62,996 nucleotides of DNA, filler included, from Octopus bimaculoides (GCF_001194135.2; 4 parts of 3 records of this genome joined end to end with filler, not necessarily neighbours in it); one strand, 5' to 3'; shown: positions 25,245 to 37,287, numbered from the whole stretch's first letter. Translations and numbers: made by a program. Notes: generated from the letters alone by a model not told the origin.

Positions 25245-25635
25245 TTCTAAATTTTGGCACAAGCCCAGAAATTTTGAGGGGACGGAGAAGTCAGTAACCT
25301 CAACCCCAATACTCAACTGGTACTTATTTTATTAACCCCTGAAAGGATAAAAGGCAAAGTCTAACTTAACAGCATTTGAACTCAGTATGTCAAGCCAAAA
25401 GAAATGCCTCTAAGTATTTTTTCCAACATGCTAACAATTCCATTAGTTTGCTACCTTATGCTATATAGTTTAATGATAATTTCAAATTTTTGGCACGTGG
25501 CCAGCAATTTCGTATAGGAGGCAAGTTAATTACACTGACTTCAGTGCTCAAATGAAACTTATTTTATCAACTCTGAAAGGATAGAAGGCAAAGTTGACCT
25601 TGGTGCCATTAAGCATTTTCCAGGTATGATAACAA
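25245..25635 (-). mobile_element. Two adjacent decayed SINE family B copies
   Basis: Both show the ttttggcac...caactggtacttatttt...gcaaagt pattern. Confidence 0.65.
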
Positions 25636-25986
25636 CTATATATTTTAATGATAAAGAGGCTAATGAAGAACAATTCCATTAATACATGTGTTCATTATTG
25701 GAAAAAACATGGCTCTCTCAAATTACAAGCACCTTATAAGCATTGCAATTCTGCTTCCATACATACATCCTACAAGTAGTGTATCTTCAAATCTACTTGT
25801 TCTGTATATTAATCATTTAAACATTGTATCCTCCAGACATATATTTAGATGTTCTTCATAGAAATTAATGAAGGTGACACAGTCATCATGGTAGAATATA
25901 TCCGTGTGGGCTTTATAGATTTCCAGCATGGCATCTTGCAATTATTTTCAATATAAGTAATCAAAAATTTTTCTTCATTTACAAAC

Positions 25987-26073
25987 CTGTGTCTTTTGAC
26001 AGAATTTGCCAAAATATGGTGATTCACATTGGCACCGATTTCCAATACAGTTTCCATGTCCACTGCACAGTTG
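25987..26073 (-). CDS. I-EGF array exon D1 (87 nt, phase 0 to 0): QLCSGHGNCIGNRCQCESPYFGKFCQKTQ
   Basis: Acceptor caatactttatag, donor CAG|gtttgt; continues in frame from C1 (SNG-QLCSGHG). Confidence 0.9.
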
Positions 26074-26525
26074 CTATAAAGTATTGTGAAAATAATTTTA
26101 TATGATTAAAGATATAGTTATGAAGAGAAGGTAATGATTGACAATTATTACAAAAAGAATCTTAACAATGACTTCTTACATATGCACATGATTATAAATT
26201 GTCAGAGAAAGTATTTGTTGATTAGTTTATGAGTGACAGTGAATTTATTGACCTTTGTGGAGCGAAGACTTACATCAGCAATAATGGATTTGAAATAATT
26301 GTATTAAGAATATATCTTGAGCCTTGATATGTCTTGTGAGACAGTGGATCTGTACCCAAAAAGTTTCCTTATAAGGTGCAGGCCTGAGCAAGGTTTATTT
26401 TTATAGAAACTGCTCATGCAAGCAAGTCTCTCAACACTGATATCATCCAAGGGACTAGTATCATCATAGGTATTACCATCAGAATAAGAAGTTTGAAAAC
26501 AGTTACTGTAATGCAGCATATTTAA

Positions 26526-26991
26526 CCCTTTTCTTGCAATATTTCTGCTGAAATACAGTTTATATTTCAATTAATTTTGAAAGCAATAAGGAATTTATTA
26601 AAATAATTTTGTCATTATTAATCTTGTGTTTGGAACATGAATTGGTATGAAAATTTTGATGGAAGGTTTTAATCAAAATCACTTTAAAACAAAATATGTA
26701 TTATAGGATTAGGGGCAGTTTCAGATGGGTTGATATCAGACAGGATCTTTTATAAATACAAGCCAATCCTCTGTTCTAGACTCAACCCATCCAAAATTAC
26801 TCTCAGTTCTACAGTAAAATTTACCGTTTTAAAAGGAATATAAATTATAACCTTCTACTGAAATTTCATGTGAATATATATTCCAAATACCTGTTTGATA
26901 ACAACACAATTATTTCACTAAATTCGTCATCATTTTCAGAATTTATTGAAATAAAGGAAATGTATCTAAGAGATATACAGTTACAAAAGGG
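26526..26991. mobile_element. piggyBac-like MITE, 466 bp
   Basis: TTAA|ccctttt ... aaaaggg|TTAA with imperfect TIRs. Confidence 0.8.
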
Positions 26992-27226
26992 TTAATGAAG
27001 CCTGACAAACAGTCAAAATTGGCCTGAGTGGAATTTGAACTCTGAGCACAGAGTGCTAGAATAAAATTGCAAGGCATTCTATCTGATGCTTTAATGAATC
27101 TGCCAATTTGCTGTCTCCTTGTATGTAAAGGTGACTAAATACTAAGAAGCATTTAGTCTGGCATTCTATCTTTCTTATATATATGAAGAATATTTTATAA
27201 TAAACAATATTATAAATTCTACTTAC

Positions 27227-27336
27227 TCCATTTGATGATAAGCAGTTTTGATTAGCTTGATCAACATCACATGCTTCCCCACTATATGACTGTTGGCAAT
27301 GGCATTTTCCACATTTACAATTTCCATGGTTTCTCC
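27227..27336 (-). CDS. I-EGF array exon C1 (110 nt, phase 1 to 0): RNHGNCKCGKCHCQQSYSGEACDVDQANQNCLSSNG
   Basis: Acceptor ttttatgtcttttag, donor GGA|gtaagt; resembles integrin beta I-EGF3 running into I-EGF4. Confidence 0.93.
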
Positions 27337-27739
27337 CTAAAAGACATAAAACCATAACACCTTATATTTTGTATCATAGTTTCATTGTATTTTCTTTGTA
27401 TTTTCCTAAATAATTTTTGATAATTTTGTTTTGCATGCAAGTGCAGTATCTATTTTCCTGTAAGATTTACTTTGAGATCGTTTCATTACTATTTGCTGGG
27501 CTTATCATGATTATTACTGGTTTGCAGATATCAGTATGCATCAGCAACAATTTGTTTACTGGAGTTATAAACAAGATACATTAGTCTGACATGCCTTTAA
27601 CAGACAAGACTCAATGATATCAAAACAGTGGGTGACCTTGAGTCCCCTTATGCTAATGAATCATGTATGTTATGAACACGCTTTCATATTAAAGGAAAAG
27701 TTGTTCTCTTATGATGAAATACAACAGCAATTAGCATAC

Positions 27740-27978
27740 TTTTTTACTCTTTTACTTGTTTCAGTCATTTAACTGTGGCCATGCTGGAGCACTGCCTTTA
27801 GTCGAGCAAATCGATCCCAGGACTTATTTTTTGTAAGCCTAGTACTTATTCTATCAGTCTCTCTTGCTGAACCACTAAGTTACAGGGATGTAAACACACC
27901 AGCATCGGTTGTCAAGTGATGTTAGGGGTACAAACATATACACACACTTACATATATGTATATATATACATATATATA
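27740..27978 (-). mobile_element. SINE family A 3' part, running into a gap
   Basis: Reverse complement of the family A tail. Confidence 0.8.
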
Positions 27979-28131
27979 NNNNNNNNNNNNNNNNNNNNNN
28001 NNNNNNNNNNNNNNNNNNNNNNTTAATTAATTAANNNNNNNNNNNNNNNNNNNNNNNNNNNNNNNNNNNNNNNNNNNNTGGGTGAGACTTGGATCCAACT
28101 TGTACAAATGCAAAACAAAAGTCAAACATAA

Positions 28132-28194
<63 letters not shown>

Positions 28195-28201
<7 letters not shown>

Positions 28202-28615
28202 GAAAATTGCACTACTGTGCACTGCACACCTCCTACGCAAAACACTTTGAATACAGTAAAAATAAGAGCATCACAGCAAACCACAGGACATACCCAAGGT
28301 ACACAGAGCTGCGCTCGGTAGTGAAGTGAAAGCACGTTATAAAAATAAAACTACTGATTAATAATAATAATAATTTACCACTGAGAAAAATCTCTCAATG
28401 GCAAATACCCAAAGAGAGCTAATAATGCCGATATTGACAAAGCCCTTACCCATCAATGGTTGGTGTCTTCTGGCTTAAAATCAGAGACAGAAGGGTTTAT
28501 CATAGCAGCCCAAGATCAATGCCAACCCACAAGAAGCTAACAGGCCAACATCTTAAAGAACGGCAGTAGCCCAACATGTCGTGTATGTAAACAACAAAAT
28601 GAAGCAAGTGGCATA
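28195..28615 (+). mobile_element. R4/Dong-like (RLE) LINE fragments flanked by (TAA)n
   Basis: KIALLxTAHxLRKT 3' end plus 3' UTR, then SGLKSETEGFIIAAQDQ..TCRVC; homologous to 58400-59275. Confidence 0.75.
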
Positions 28616-28639
28616 TGATTGATCCTTATTTTGCTTCAT

Positions 28640-28960
28640 GGGTTTGATCTTCATGATGTGTGTACATGTCATGCAGGGAGCTGAATGCTGGACTGACTAT
28701 CATCTTCTTTGTGCAAAGTTGAAGTTTATTATAAAACCGAATGTGAGATGCAATGATGTGATGCAAAGAAATCAAATGCAACTCGTCTGAAAAATGATGC
28801 TATTAAGGAAGAGTTGAGGAAGTGCATGGACAGCATTCATTTCAATGAAGCAGAAGAATAGGTTTCCTGAGATACAGGATACTTGGTGGAGGAAGAAAGC
28901 CGATTCAATCTGCATCTGACGCCGACAATATGAAACTGTACAACTTGTTGCGGTAAGTTT
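28640..28960 (+). mobile_element. RTE-like LINE remnant
   Basis: WTDxHLLCAKLKF and WWRKKA..Q.ASDADNMK-like segments typical of RTE ORF2 after the endonuclease. Confidence 0.5.
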
Positions 28961-29920
28961 GCAGGTTACGCGGAACATTTTGGAAAAATGTGGGAATCAC
29001 GGTAATTTTGTCTGCTGGGGGATAAGCTCTCTAATCCAATTTTGATCGAAAATGAGGAAATACCAGCGCTAACTGTTTGCATTATACTTTTCTATGGCTC
29101 TTCATAGCTTTTGAGGTTTGCCTACATGGGGTCTATATCAGATACTAAAACTTATGTAGCATGTAGACTGTAAGATGGCTTACTACCATAAAGGCACAAG
29201 CTTGTAAAAATGGCAGATGGCAGCAACACCTAATTAAGTCTCGTCTAATGGTCACTTTGCTCATAGGTTTTAATTATGTAAATTTTCTCATTTACTACAT
29301 CAAATACATTCGCACCTTCTTTTCTATAATTTTTTTTCCAGCAGGCGACTCTGTAATTTCTTCCTATGTTTAAATCCTTGACCTGCAGTCATGTTCATCT
29401 TCAACTCGGAGCGGCATTAAGTACCTGTACAATACTGTGTATAATGCAATTGAATTCATCACTCTCCTAAAAACATTAAATCTTGTTTTATTTATAATAT
29501 TAAGACACTTGTAGATACTATAATTGTAATTGCTAGCGAGACACTTGGAAATTCCTCGTTTTATGAATACTTTTATTTCTACTTTGATGCATAAATTTAT
29601 CGATCTTCATAACATTGTTTCCTTAAGTAGACGATTAAGACAATGATTTTGTTTCTATTTAAGGTTGTTAAAATTGTAACACTGGAAAACACGCACAATA
29701 ACATTCATATATAATTATTGTAATTGTTATAATTACAATTAGCATTCATCATTATGATCATTTTTACTATTCAAAATTCATTACTATACTCACGATACAT
29801 TCATAACACAACTAAATGCAGTAACGTAATACAGGCCTATTACATCTTTCTTTTGATAAAAAAATAAACATGAAGAATAACACCTTGGGCTCCAAGACAG
29901 AAAATATTGTTTCTGGTTAC

Positions 29921-29998
29921 CCGCCAGGAATGTGAATGATTGATGAACGATGATAGAAAATATAGTAGCCAAAAATATTTTTCCAATCTTGAACGCAT
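29921..29998 (-). CDS. Candidate first coding exon with a signal-peptide-like sequence MRSRLEKYFWLLYFLSSFINHSHSWR (alternative in-frame ATG at 30028)
   Basis: ATG, basic N-region, hydrophobic core and small residues, ending in CGG|gtaacc (phase 0); lies upstream of C1 where CpG decay fades. It could not be linked in phase to C1 because a B-type exon is missing. Confidence 0.25.
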
Positions 29999-32900
29999 CA
30001 ACAAAAGCACTAACACAACAGTCAACATTATAACAACATGTTTACAACGATATTAACAATGATATACGATGCAATGTTATACCGATACTGTTGTCAAGAG
30101 CGTTATTTGCATTTTTTAAATTTTCGTACTCCTTCAATTAAACTTTATATAAACTCTGTCATCATTCAGTCTCTGTCTTTCTCTTTCTCTCCTCTTCATT
30201 TAACTCTACATCTCTCTTTTTTTTTTCACTTAAATCTTACTTCACACCGTCAGTTTTATTTTGTAAGAACTCTCACTAGCTCTCGCGTGCGCATGCACAC
30301 ACATACATATACGCTATACGTATGTATGTACCCGTGCATACTTGTGTGTAAGAGCTATCAATTAGTGACCAGAATAATTTCATTTAGTGGAAAAGGAAAA
30401 GGCGGCTGGTGGTGAAACTCTAGTAAATATCTATGACAAATTTTATTTCTTCAAGAGGACAAGAGCTCACAATCGCCGATGAGTCACCCATACAGATACA
30501 CACACCTATAAGGTCATGTATGCTTTTGTGAATATATGTATGCATATATTCACAAAAGCACACACGCAAAGGCACCAGCGCAAGGAAAGCACATATATAC
30601 ATACACACTTATATAACAGTAGGTAAGAAAGGACGAGTCAATTATAATTTCCGCAGTAAGGGGTTGGTAATTTAGTTTATCGACTACAAAAAGATGAAAG
30701 GCAAAGTTGACACCAGTGGGATTTTCATGCAGAATATAAAGAGCTGGAACAAATACTGCAGATAGTTTTGCCCGATGTTCTAATGATTCTGCCAGTCCCT
30801 ACCCTAGTATGGTTCCTAATTTAGGCACAACACCATCAGTTTTAGGGGAGGGGGCTGTTCAGTACCATCGACTCCAATATTCAAATGGTATTGTATTTTA
30901 TTAACCTTAAAACATGAAAGGCTAAGTTGACCTTCACACAGATTTTGAATATAGAACGTAAAGAGACGGAACAAATACCCAAAGGAACTTATACAGTACC
31001 CTGCCAATCCACTACTCTTAGGTACAAGAACAACAGTTTTCCGGGAAGGGGTTTGTCGATATCATCAGCCATAATAATAGGCTGGTACTTTATTTTATGG
31101 ACCCCAACTCAAAGCGAAGAAAAACAGTGCAATAGACAAGACAAAACACAGTGAGAGGTTTACATAAAAGTGTCCGAAAAGATTAGCAAAAAAGAAACAC
31201 AATTCCAACAAAAATCACGAAAGGATACAGCTGCCTGAGGACAGTTGAGGAAACTCCTCAAAATTTGGGTTACCTTGACTACCAAGAGCAAGTACCTTCT
31301 CATATCTCCCATGTCCTGCCTCCAAGAACATGCTTTGAATAAGCCAAATTTATTTGTACTATTTTCGTAACTTACAACCAGTCTTCAAAGAATTCCTGGG
31401 GATGAGGGCAGGACAACATCGAATAATAAATCTTTTGTTTTGTAACTGCATATCGGTGATACACTGGCAATTGTGTAAAACACGCACTCTAGAACACCCA
31501 GTGTATTGAACACCCTCTTCGACGTAAGACGAATGGAAAGGAGTTTTGGTTTGAGATTATAGTGGAGATCCTCTACCAGATAATGTCTCTACTAGACATT
31601 ACCTCGCTATTCATGGAGTGAAACTGCATGTTTGAGTTGAAATCAGAAGATCAAGATACAACTTGTGTGGTACAGAAAGTTAGTTAAGCGTTTTCTGTTT
31701 TCATCAAAACACAGAGAAAAGGGGAGTCCCACTACTGCCGATAACACAACCCCAGTATACAGCAGCAACAGCAGCAACAGCAGTAGTGAAGACAACGAGA
31801 CCAACACAAGAAGCACCAACACAAACAACAGTAACAAAACAAGAGCAGTTAGAGCAACGACAAGCACAAGAGAACGAAAATTTACCAGGTAGGAAAATCC
31901 CCACCTTAACTACATGTTTATTACTCTCTCTATCTTGGTCGCTCCTCTTTTTCGAACGCAAACAGATAAACCAAAGTCTGATGTCACGTTTTGAAGATAA
32001 TGCTATATTTTATTGCTGGTCACTCACAAAAATACAAGCTAAATAGCTTGTATTTTTGTTGCCTGATTGGTTGCCGGCTTTTAATGTTCCTTAATAGTTA
32101 ATTGTTGAAAATTGTTAGTAATTATTACACCACACCCTCCTAGCTGGAGAATTATTTATTCTGGTCACCTTCGCATTCAAACAGTTTAATTGGTCATTTA
32201 AGATAATATCTCCGACCTACACTAATTGTCTTGTTGCAGGTTGTTCGTGATAAAAAAAAAAAATACCCTTCCTCCATGGATTTATCATATTCTAGCCTAC
32301 ATATTCGCTGGAATATCATCTGATTATATATTTTAATAATTATTACTTTGTATTTTATTATAGTTATTTTTAGTGTATTTACTCATTAATTTTTTTCTAT
32401 ATGTGACTGTGGATTTTCATGGATGAGTTCAGGAATTGTGGTTCTTTTCTCTAAATTATANNNNNNNNNNNNNNNNNNNNNNNNNNNNNNNNNNNNNNNN
32501 NNNNNNNNNNNNNNNNNNNNNNNNNNNNNNNNNNNNNNNNNNNNNNNNNNNNNNNNNNNNNNNNNNNNNNNNNNNNNNNNNNNNNNNNNNNNNNNNNNNN
32601 NNNNNNNNNNNNNNNNNNNNNNNNNNNNNNNNNNNNNNNNNNNNNNNNNNNNNNNNNNNNNNNNNNNNNNNNNNNNNNNNNNNNNNNNNNNNNNNNNNNN
32701 NNNNNNNNNNNNNNNNNNNNNNNNNNNNNNNNNNNNNNNNNNNNNNNNNNNNNNNNNNNNNNNNNNNNNNNNNNNNNNNNNNNNNNNNNNNNNNNNNNNN
32801 NNNNNNNNNNNNNNNNNNNNNNNNNNNNNNNNNNNNNNNNNNNNNNNNNNNNNNNNNNNNNNNNNNNNNNNNNNNNNNNNNNNNNNNNNNNNNNNNNNNN

Positions 32901-33106
32901 NNNNNNNNNNNNNNNNNNNNNNNNNNNNNNNNNNNNNNNNNNNNNNNNNNNNNNNNNNNNNNNNNNNNNNNNNNNNNNNNNNNNNNNNNNNNNNNNNNNN
33001 NNNNNNNNNNNNNNNNNNNNNNNNNNNNNNNNNNNNNNNNNNNNNNNNNNNNNNNNNNNNNNNNNNNNNNNNNNNNNNNNNNNNNNNNNNNNNNNNNNNN
33101 NNNNNN

Positions 33107-33159
<53 letters not shown>

Positions 33160-33674
33160 CATGTGTGTGTGTGTGTGCGTGTTTGTGTTTGTGCGTGTGT
33201 GTATAGTGAAGGACACAAAATAATGTAGCTGGATATCAATATCTCTTGGAAAATGGTTCTGATAGGATCAAGTTAGCTCGATTCTTTGATAAAGAACAAA
33301 ATCCTTCTCACTATTGTAATGTTGAAACAACGAGAGAGCCCCTGCATGATCAACCTTTTAGAAATAGTAGCTTATTTCCTAAAAAATTGCTAGGACATCT
33401 TTGACCAATAGATCTGCTGGATGAGCAATAATAAGCAATAGAAACAATACTATAATAACATTGATCCAATGATATTTTACAGGTTTCGGCTGGATATTAT
33501 TTCCGAGAAATCTTTCTATACTCTAATAGTTGCTCAAAAGAAATCATTATATGCCATTACTGGTTGCCATTTTTTTTTACCCTACATCCAATTCAGTTTT
33601 TCAACGGTAATTTTCCACTAACAGCTCGTATTTATATATCTAGTCCCCCTTCGTACATTATGTCTCATTTGTGC

Positions 33675-33747
<73 letters not shown>

Positions 33748-34693
33748 TATGTTGCATGGATTGATGGATGGATCTGCGTGTATGTGTGTGTGTGCGCGAA
33801 TGTGTGTGTGTATACATCAACGTATGTATATAAACGTATCTCTGTAACTGTGTACATGCCAAGTAGTTTTTGTTTTCACTTCTCCGATTTAATCCAGCAA
33901 GTAGGGTCTCCAGATTAAATTTTGCCGTGATATATGGCCAAGATGTCAGTGGGAAATCTAACATTTTGACCTCCAACGAAATAACATTTTTCAAAGCCGA
34001 GTCATTCAAACCATGTGTGTATGAGCGTGTATGCTTTAGTGAGTACGTATATTTGTGTCTGCTGGTGTGTGTGTGAATGTGCGAGCAAGTGTGTGATTGA
34101 GAATGTATATGTATGTGTGTGTGCACGCACGTTCATGTGCTTGCCCGCGTGCGCACGCGCGTGTGAGCGTGTGTGTGTGTGTGTGTATTTTTGCGTACGT
34201 ACTCGCTATCATATGGTAGGGAGGCGCGAGTTGGTGATGATACATGATAGAATCGTAACGTACATATATGACTCAAGCTGGTCACACGTGGAGGGCAACA
34301 ATAACAAAAACAATGATAACAGTAGCCACAACAGCAACAACAACAAAATTGATAATAACAACAAAGCAATAAAAGCAACACGAGATGGCAGCAGCAACAG
34401 AATTATCATCTACAGTAGCAACTGCAGCACATCGGGAGAATCTCTATATGATTGTTGGACATGCTAAAAACAACAGCCAAATATCTCTTAAATCATAACC
34501 TAGAATCTAAAATGTCCGAGTAAACCAAAAATATTCTCCAGATACACTAAACAACAAAAAGAATGTTCAGCTATAAATGTCTTTGAATATAAGACTGCGC
34601 TATCAAAGTCGAACATCTACAATAATAACAGCAGCGGTGAAAATAACAAGAACAGTTTGAAGGCTTCTGCTATAAGAACCATGTATGCAGCTA

Positions 34694-34732
<39 letters not shown>

Positions 34733-35399
34733 TGTGTTCGCGCGTGCGTACGTGTGTGTATTTGCGTAAATACACACACACATATATATATATATGGATA
34801 TATAAATATATATACAGGGTGTCCCAAAAGTCACTGGTGGGTTTCAATTTTTAATAACTATATATATATATATATANNNNNNNNNNNNNNNNNNNNNNNN
34901 NNATATGTATATGTATATATATATATATATGGCAAATGAAAGACGGAAGATGGAATATACGAGAATTTACTATTAATCACGATAATTGTTTCTATACATT
35001 TAGCATCGATCTCTCATGGGTGGGACACTCAACAACTGGTTCAGGAGCATCCGGTGGTGCAGATGTATCTTGTCGGGTGATAAATAGATACAACTTGTTA
35101 AAATAATAGTTCCGCAATGTAACTTCTCGTTTTGTAGAAAGAAAAGCAGCCAGACGGAGGAAATATTTTCATTTATGTAGAAGATCAAAAATAAAATCAC
35201 ACATGGAAAAAAAATCAGACATAGAAAAAAGAGAAACGAACACGCAATCCAGTGAGAAAAGTATTAAAAGTAACCGTTAACAAATATGGATGTATAAACG
35301 CCCTCGGGCAAGCTGCACTCGCTCATACAAGCATCCGCAAAAATGTGAGCATACGCACACGTGAAGTTTGGTGCACTCATGATCATAAAGCGAGATAAC

Positions 35400-36860
35400 T
35401 ATCTACTTAGTGTTTGTAAGAATGGGGAGGTTAAAAGTAACCTTAAGTCATCCATACCTTAAAGTAAATTCAATCATGTTAACGGCTAATCAAAATCCAT
35501 TCCCACTGCATTGTTCGAAAGTACATTTATATTCATGTAGGCATCTTGAGAGTATTTCAGAAATTCTATTATTGATCTCTTTAGTCCACAGAATAGACAG
35601 GGATTCATCGGAGCAGAGACGGCATCTCCTGGAAATTATATTGTATGGTTTCGCGTACCTTACTATGGACCAAGTTATGCTGTAATTTATTTTATCTTCC
35701 TTCAGTCGACATACAAAATCTGCCAAAGATGTTGAATATCTCTTATTGATTGTCTTCAAGCTGGCGACATGGTTACGATAACAATTCTTAAATGAATCAA
35801 CTGTCTACCCAATGTAGATATACGGCTCTCCCCTTGTGTGCACGGTACATTTATATAGAAGATTTATACTCAAACAGATTCATCAAAGGACATTTTGATT
35901 TTTCTCTCTATCAGCATTTATCATATTTATTTGTATATAAAGCAGTCCCGACTCCATTTACCGACGTTGTTACTGAGTTAGCAGTACCAAAAGTATTTCT
36001 ACTACAACAGTTTGGTCGTAATTGGTGTTTATCATTGCGGTTTACACCTCCTTGGTTGGTATTTAGATACATATGTTTGCTAGATCCAGTTGGTGAGTTA
36101 TTGAGCCTTTGCCGCATTTTGTTATTGTTCATGCGATGAATAAGTTGCTCTAAATTAGCAGAGCTGGCGTATTAAGCCTCCATGGCTTGCCGATTAAAAA
36201 TAGCATGATACCGATTAAATTTAGGAAAACATTTGTCCAAAGCGGCAAAAAGTTTTTCAGCGATCTTGGTTGAAACGTGGGAATTGAAAATCAGGTTGAA
36301 CCAGAGGACATCCTGATTCCTATATCTGTTATAAGGCTTATTTGGTCGAGTGTGTTGTACAGGATTGGAGCAAGCAATTGGATTATTATGTCGCATGTTT
36401 TCGTTGGTAGTTCATTGATATGACCAATTCTTCCTGGCTAGTATTCTTTATCTGAGTAAGTTCTCAAACCATGATGTTGTGGTGGTGTACAATGTCTAAT
36501 ACAATTGGAGGAATTATCAGTGTTGTGAATGACTGCTTCTTGTATATATTGAATTTCTTTACGGTACCCAGTCCTAGCTCAAGCAGCATTATAATAAGTT
36601 GCATGTGATTCGAACATTTTATTATTAGCAGATAATCTAGAAATTCTTGTAGAAATATTCTTAATTAAACCCCGTATAAACGAGGGTGGATGGTTGGATG
36701 CTACGTTAACGTACTTAATATAATCATTTGGCTTATGAAATTGTTCAAATAATCCAGTGTCAAAACAGAAGGTAGCGTCAAGAAAAGTCACTCTACGATA
36801 ATCTTGACCCAGAGTCCTAAATTTTTAAGAAGTCTAAAGAAATTAATCCTATGCCTTTCT
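35400..36860 (-). mobile_element. Penelope-like retroelement (RT thumb plus GIY-YIG), degenerate
   Basis: VTFLDATF..KPNDYIKYVNVASNHPP, LWFNLIFNSHVST and WSIV..AKPYN..SRRCRLC..E...SEILSRCLH. Confidence 0.88.
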
Positions 36861-36934
36861 AATTGTACTTTATTACTTCTGCCCAGAAAAAATAAAGGCG
36901 CCATCCCTATATAAACCCCCTGTTACTATATAAC

Positions 36935-36966
<32 letters not shown>

Positions 36967-37287
36967 TGTATGTATCTATCTGATATAAATAATATATAAA
37001 TATATACATATATACATACATATATGTACATACCTACATATATATGTATATATACATGCATATATGGGTACAAGACTTCAAAAAAACGCCAAGATGAGAA
37101 ACGAGAACATAAAAAACAAAAACATAGAAAACGAACATTTTTTCGAACAACGAAAGAAACAGATAGAGAGATGAGATAAGCAACATANNNNNNNNNNNNN
37201 NNNNNNNNNNNNNNNNNNNNNNNNNNNNNNNTTAATTAATTAANNNNNNNNNNNNNNNNNNNNNNNNNNNNNNNNNNNNNNNNNNNN

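Larger units (their letters stand above)
1460..27336 (-). other. Spliced gene (partial; continues past the left edge, 5' end unresolved) encoding a tandem array of integrin-beta-type I-EGF modules (integrin beta-like / ITGBL1-like architecture)
   Basis: Nine exons with canonical AG/GT and matching phases total 686 nt with no stop: (G)RNHGNCKCGKCHCQQSYSGEACDVDQANQNCLSSNG-QLCSGHGNCIGNRCQCESPYFGKFCQKTQ-ESRSSENSGCKQS-RTSPVCSNRGNCVQGYCHCSTKP-GTNRAYSGMYCECDDFSCPTSNGKICGG-RRQGICQCGKCRCHANYKGKACERDLQSQNCSSPKG-VCSRRGNCQNNRCICQPNYFGKKCEFRL-QSEKNLTARCIDG-NTSSVCSDRGDCVLGICRCHKF. The motifs CSxRGxC, GxYCECDDFSC and CxCGxCxC match integrin beta cysteine-rich repeats. N-glycosylation sequons NCS, NLT and NTS are present. 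Confidence 0.92.

Noticed and set aside
25815-25935. Reading HDDCVTFINFYEEHL just after exon D1, resembling the beta-tail DDCxxxFxY motif
   Set aside because: Wrong phase relative to the D1 donor, an implied intron of only about 52 nt, and it ends in a stop.
28023-28034. ttaattaattaa islands between N-runs (also 37232-37243 and 61477-61488)
   Set aside because: An identical 12-mer with stops in all six frames, centred in gaps: an assembly linker, not biology.
29184-29811. Phase-compatible chain of tiny minus exons (LCYECI; ESDEFNCIIHSIVQ; VLLPSAIFTSLCLYG) linking the signal-peptide candidate to C1
   Set aside because: Weak splice sites, and the Cys spacing does not reproduce the B-type CECDxxxC..CG motif; likely over-fitting.
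35000-35130. Minus reading DTSAPPDAPEPVVECPTHE
   Set aside because: No clear donor, it ends in a stop, sits next to a Penelope end and has no recognisable domain.
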